NCBI GenBank assembly: GCA_049903315.1
Contig: JBNGBT010000011.1
Span: 30,914 to 94,913 of the forward strand
Direction: 5' to 3'
DNA: 64,000 nt
DNA from: Candidatus Cloacimonadota bacterium
Lineage (GTDB): Bacteria; Cloacimonadota; Cloacimonadia; JGIOTU-2
Shown here: positions 63,931 to 64,000 of the stretch, in pieces
Layout of the letters: each line of letters starts with the position of its first letter
Numbering within the stretch: position 1 is the first letter of the stretch
Notes under the pieces: model-generated
The model's input: the letters and a program-made list of their open reading frames with translations, nothing else
Told to the model about the DNA's origin: nothing
The model's database searches: none
Translations under genes and position numbers: made by a program

Positions 63931-64000
63931 AGCGCAACAATGACTCTCTATCCATAAGTCAACAATGTAAATTATTGGGAGTAAATAGAAGCAATGTGTA
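63888..64000 (+). CDS. IS3 OrfB N-terminus (-1 frame), truncated by window end
   Basis: -1 frame reads VYTNIRERTGLVERNNDSLSISQQCKLLGVNRSNV. Confidence 0.8.

Larger units (their letters stand above)
63490..64000 (+). mobile_element. IS3-family insertion sequence, left part
   Basis: Likely IRL at about 63490-63515 (..TGCCCCCCAAAATTCGGACAG), orfA, A-AAA-AAG slip site, orfB start. Confidence 0.88.

Overview
Bacterial chromosomal window, low to moderate GC, standard genetic code. The host is probably a diderm anaerobe. Kdo/Lpt genes, HprK-HPr-EI, a Bfu-type flavo-FeS complex, a T9SS-like CTD and FN3/FISUMP lipoproteins would fit Cloacimonadota or an FCB relative, but this is inference only. Most of the window is housekeeping: ptsI-ptsH-hprK-hpf-lipA-lptBAC-kdsC-kdsA-pyrG, psuG, gdhA, clpX-clpP-tig, valS, a sigma70 factor, htrA, rpmB, rimO, trpS, secG, tamAB and 4 intact tRNAs. 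There is an accessory patch at about 41.8-52 kb and the left end of an IS3 at the window edge. Main observations: (1) a triplicated tRNA-Asn locus, in which a minimal GIY-YIG nuclease ORF fills the space between tRNA-derived direct repeats and both defective tRNA copies carry the same 16-bp palindrome TCCGCCAGCTGGCGGA replacing sequence just 3' of the anticodon; (2) a tRNA-Leu with the rare A34 anticodon AAG next to tRNA-Arg(ACG); (3) several dispersed short palindrome families clustered on both sides of an FN3-FISUMP/DUF2971 block; (4) an NfnABC/Bfu-like complex facing gdhA; (5) an in-frame TGA in htrA and an apparently nascent SDR-ALDH fusion. All family assignments come from motif recognition, not database searches.
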